A DNA stretch of 63,563 bases, filler included, from Kipferlia bialata (Eukaryota): the NCBI GenBank assembly GCA_003568945.1. It is 6 parts of 6 records of this genome, joined end to end, with 100 filler letters (N's around TTAATTAATTAA, not from the genome) between each part and the next. Parts side by side here need not be neighbours in the genome. Positions count along the whole stretch, not along the records: positions 60,261 to 63,563 come from BDIP01001022.1; 5 more parts are not named here. One strand, written 5' to 3'. The position numbers were made by a program, and so were the translations under genes. Positions 62,359 to 63,563 of the stretch are shown piece by piece (position 1 is the first letter of the stretch; every line of letters begins with the position of its first letter). Below the pieces are notes generated by a model, which was not told where the DNA came from, did no database searches, and saw only the letters and a list, made by a program, of their open reading frames with translations.

Positions 62359-62778
62359 GACGACGCCACCGATGATGGGGCTACTATCATAGCAACAGTG
62401 GGTATAGTGAATATGTCATTACTCGAAAAGAGCCCAAGTGAGAGAGAGTACACATAGAAAATTCTAGTGCAAATAACTGCGTACCGACCAGTGTTATATG
62501 CATGTATATATGTAATATACAACTATATCGTAAATAGCGTACCGACCAGTGTGTTGAGTGCCAGGCAGATGGGTACCAGCTTGGGTCCCACAATCCTAGG
62601 GGTGAGAAGGAAGATGGAGAAATATATATATAGGTACAGAAAGATGAAGGAATTGAATGGAATATTTAGTAGAGGAATTTCCCCCGATATAGAGAGGTAC
62701 CTGAGGTAGTTGGGTCCTGAGTTGGCAGAGCCCAGGGCATATGCACAGGAGGCAATGATTCTGGAATAAGGGTGTAGA

Positions 62779-62812
<34 letters not shown>

Positions 62813-63380
62813 AGGGCATATGCACAGGAGGCAATGATTATGGTATTGGGGGTAGGAAGGCAGAGCCGGAGAGGTCCCAGTGCATAGGCGTAGGCCTAGG
62901 AGCAATGGATGGATCTCTATAGTGTAGGAGAAGAGAGGGAGAGAGACACGATCTGCTCGGCTAGCAGTGACTCTGCCTTATAGACCCATTAATATATATA
63001 TGCTTCTATACCTAGCAGTGAGCCTGAGGGCGAATGTTGGTGCCCAGAACTGACCCAGGTTGAAGATACCCGCACAGAGGAGACCAAACTTGAAGACCCT
63101 GAGGTTAGACGTACACAATCCTTGGGGGGGGGGGGTCAGGACAAACACATACCTATCTCCACCGAGTCTGTCTCCCAGCTTGCCTGCCACCACACACACA
63201 GAGGAGATGGAGATGGAGTGGGCTGGGGTAAGGGGGGAGAGAGAGGGAGATATATATATATACATATATATATATATACCACACAGAAGAGATGAAGTGG
63301 ACTGGGATGCGGGGTAGAGAGAGAGAGACAGAGGAGATGGAGATGGAGTGGGCTGGTGTTAGGAGAGAGAGAGCGTGTGT

Positions 63381-63414
<34 letters not shown>

Positions 63415-63505
63415 TACGCCACACACACAGAGGAGATGGAATGTACTGGGGTGAGCAGATGGAGGGGGAGAGAGAGGGAGTTACCACACAGATGAGATGG
63501 AGTGG
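60316..63505 (-). CDS. MFS transporter (drug:H+ antiporter-like), multi-exon, incomplete
   Basis: Motif A-like AGKLGDRLGGDR, IVAPIIGGII, WPYIYLVIS and multiple TM exons. Confidence 0.8.
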
Positions 63506-63520
63506 CTGGGATGAGGAGGG

Positions 63521-63561
<41 letters not shown>

Positions 63562-63563
63562 AG

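Overview
This is eukaryotic, intron-rich protist DNA. It has GT-AG introns ending in ...CCCCAG, (TA)n/(GA)n microsatellites and GC-rich exons; the style suggests a fornicate such as Kipferlia, which is inference only. The window is a concatenation of about six contigs joined by N-TTAATTAATTAA-N linkers (about 13484, 27063, 40626, 54181, 60161), so genes on either side of a linker are not real neighbours. Host genes: RBBP5/Swd1-like, USP14/Ubp6, SPAG6/PF16, CC2D2A, a multi-BRCT protein, RPS26, RPS27, a HEAT-repeat protein, a MORN-repeat protein, the WDR70 5' end, a kinesin, a YhgE/DUF3533-like membrane protein, an SP-RING SUMO ligase and an MFS transporter. The highlight is contig 27163-40625. 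It holds an intronless, AT-richer, gene-dense Polinton-like virus (PLV): A32-type packaging ATPase, tyrosine recombinase, adenain-like protease, double-jelly-roll major capsid protein, penton, a fibre-like ORF, a membrane-anchored collagen-repeat protein and a 7TM protein resembling a lysine-less microbial rhodopsin. Directly beside it is a virus-type D5/SF3 helicase gene that carries frame-preserving spliceosomal introns and host-like codon usage. Host introns also show a pervasive 'exon echo' architecture: partial copies of adjacent exon and splice-site sequence separated by microsatellites.
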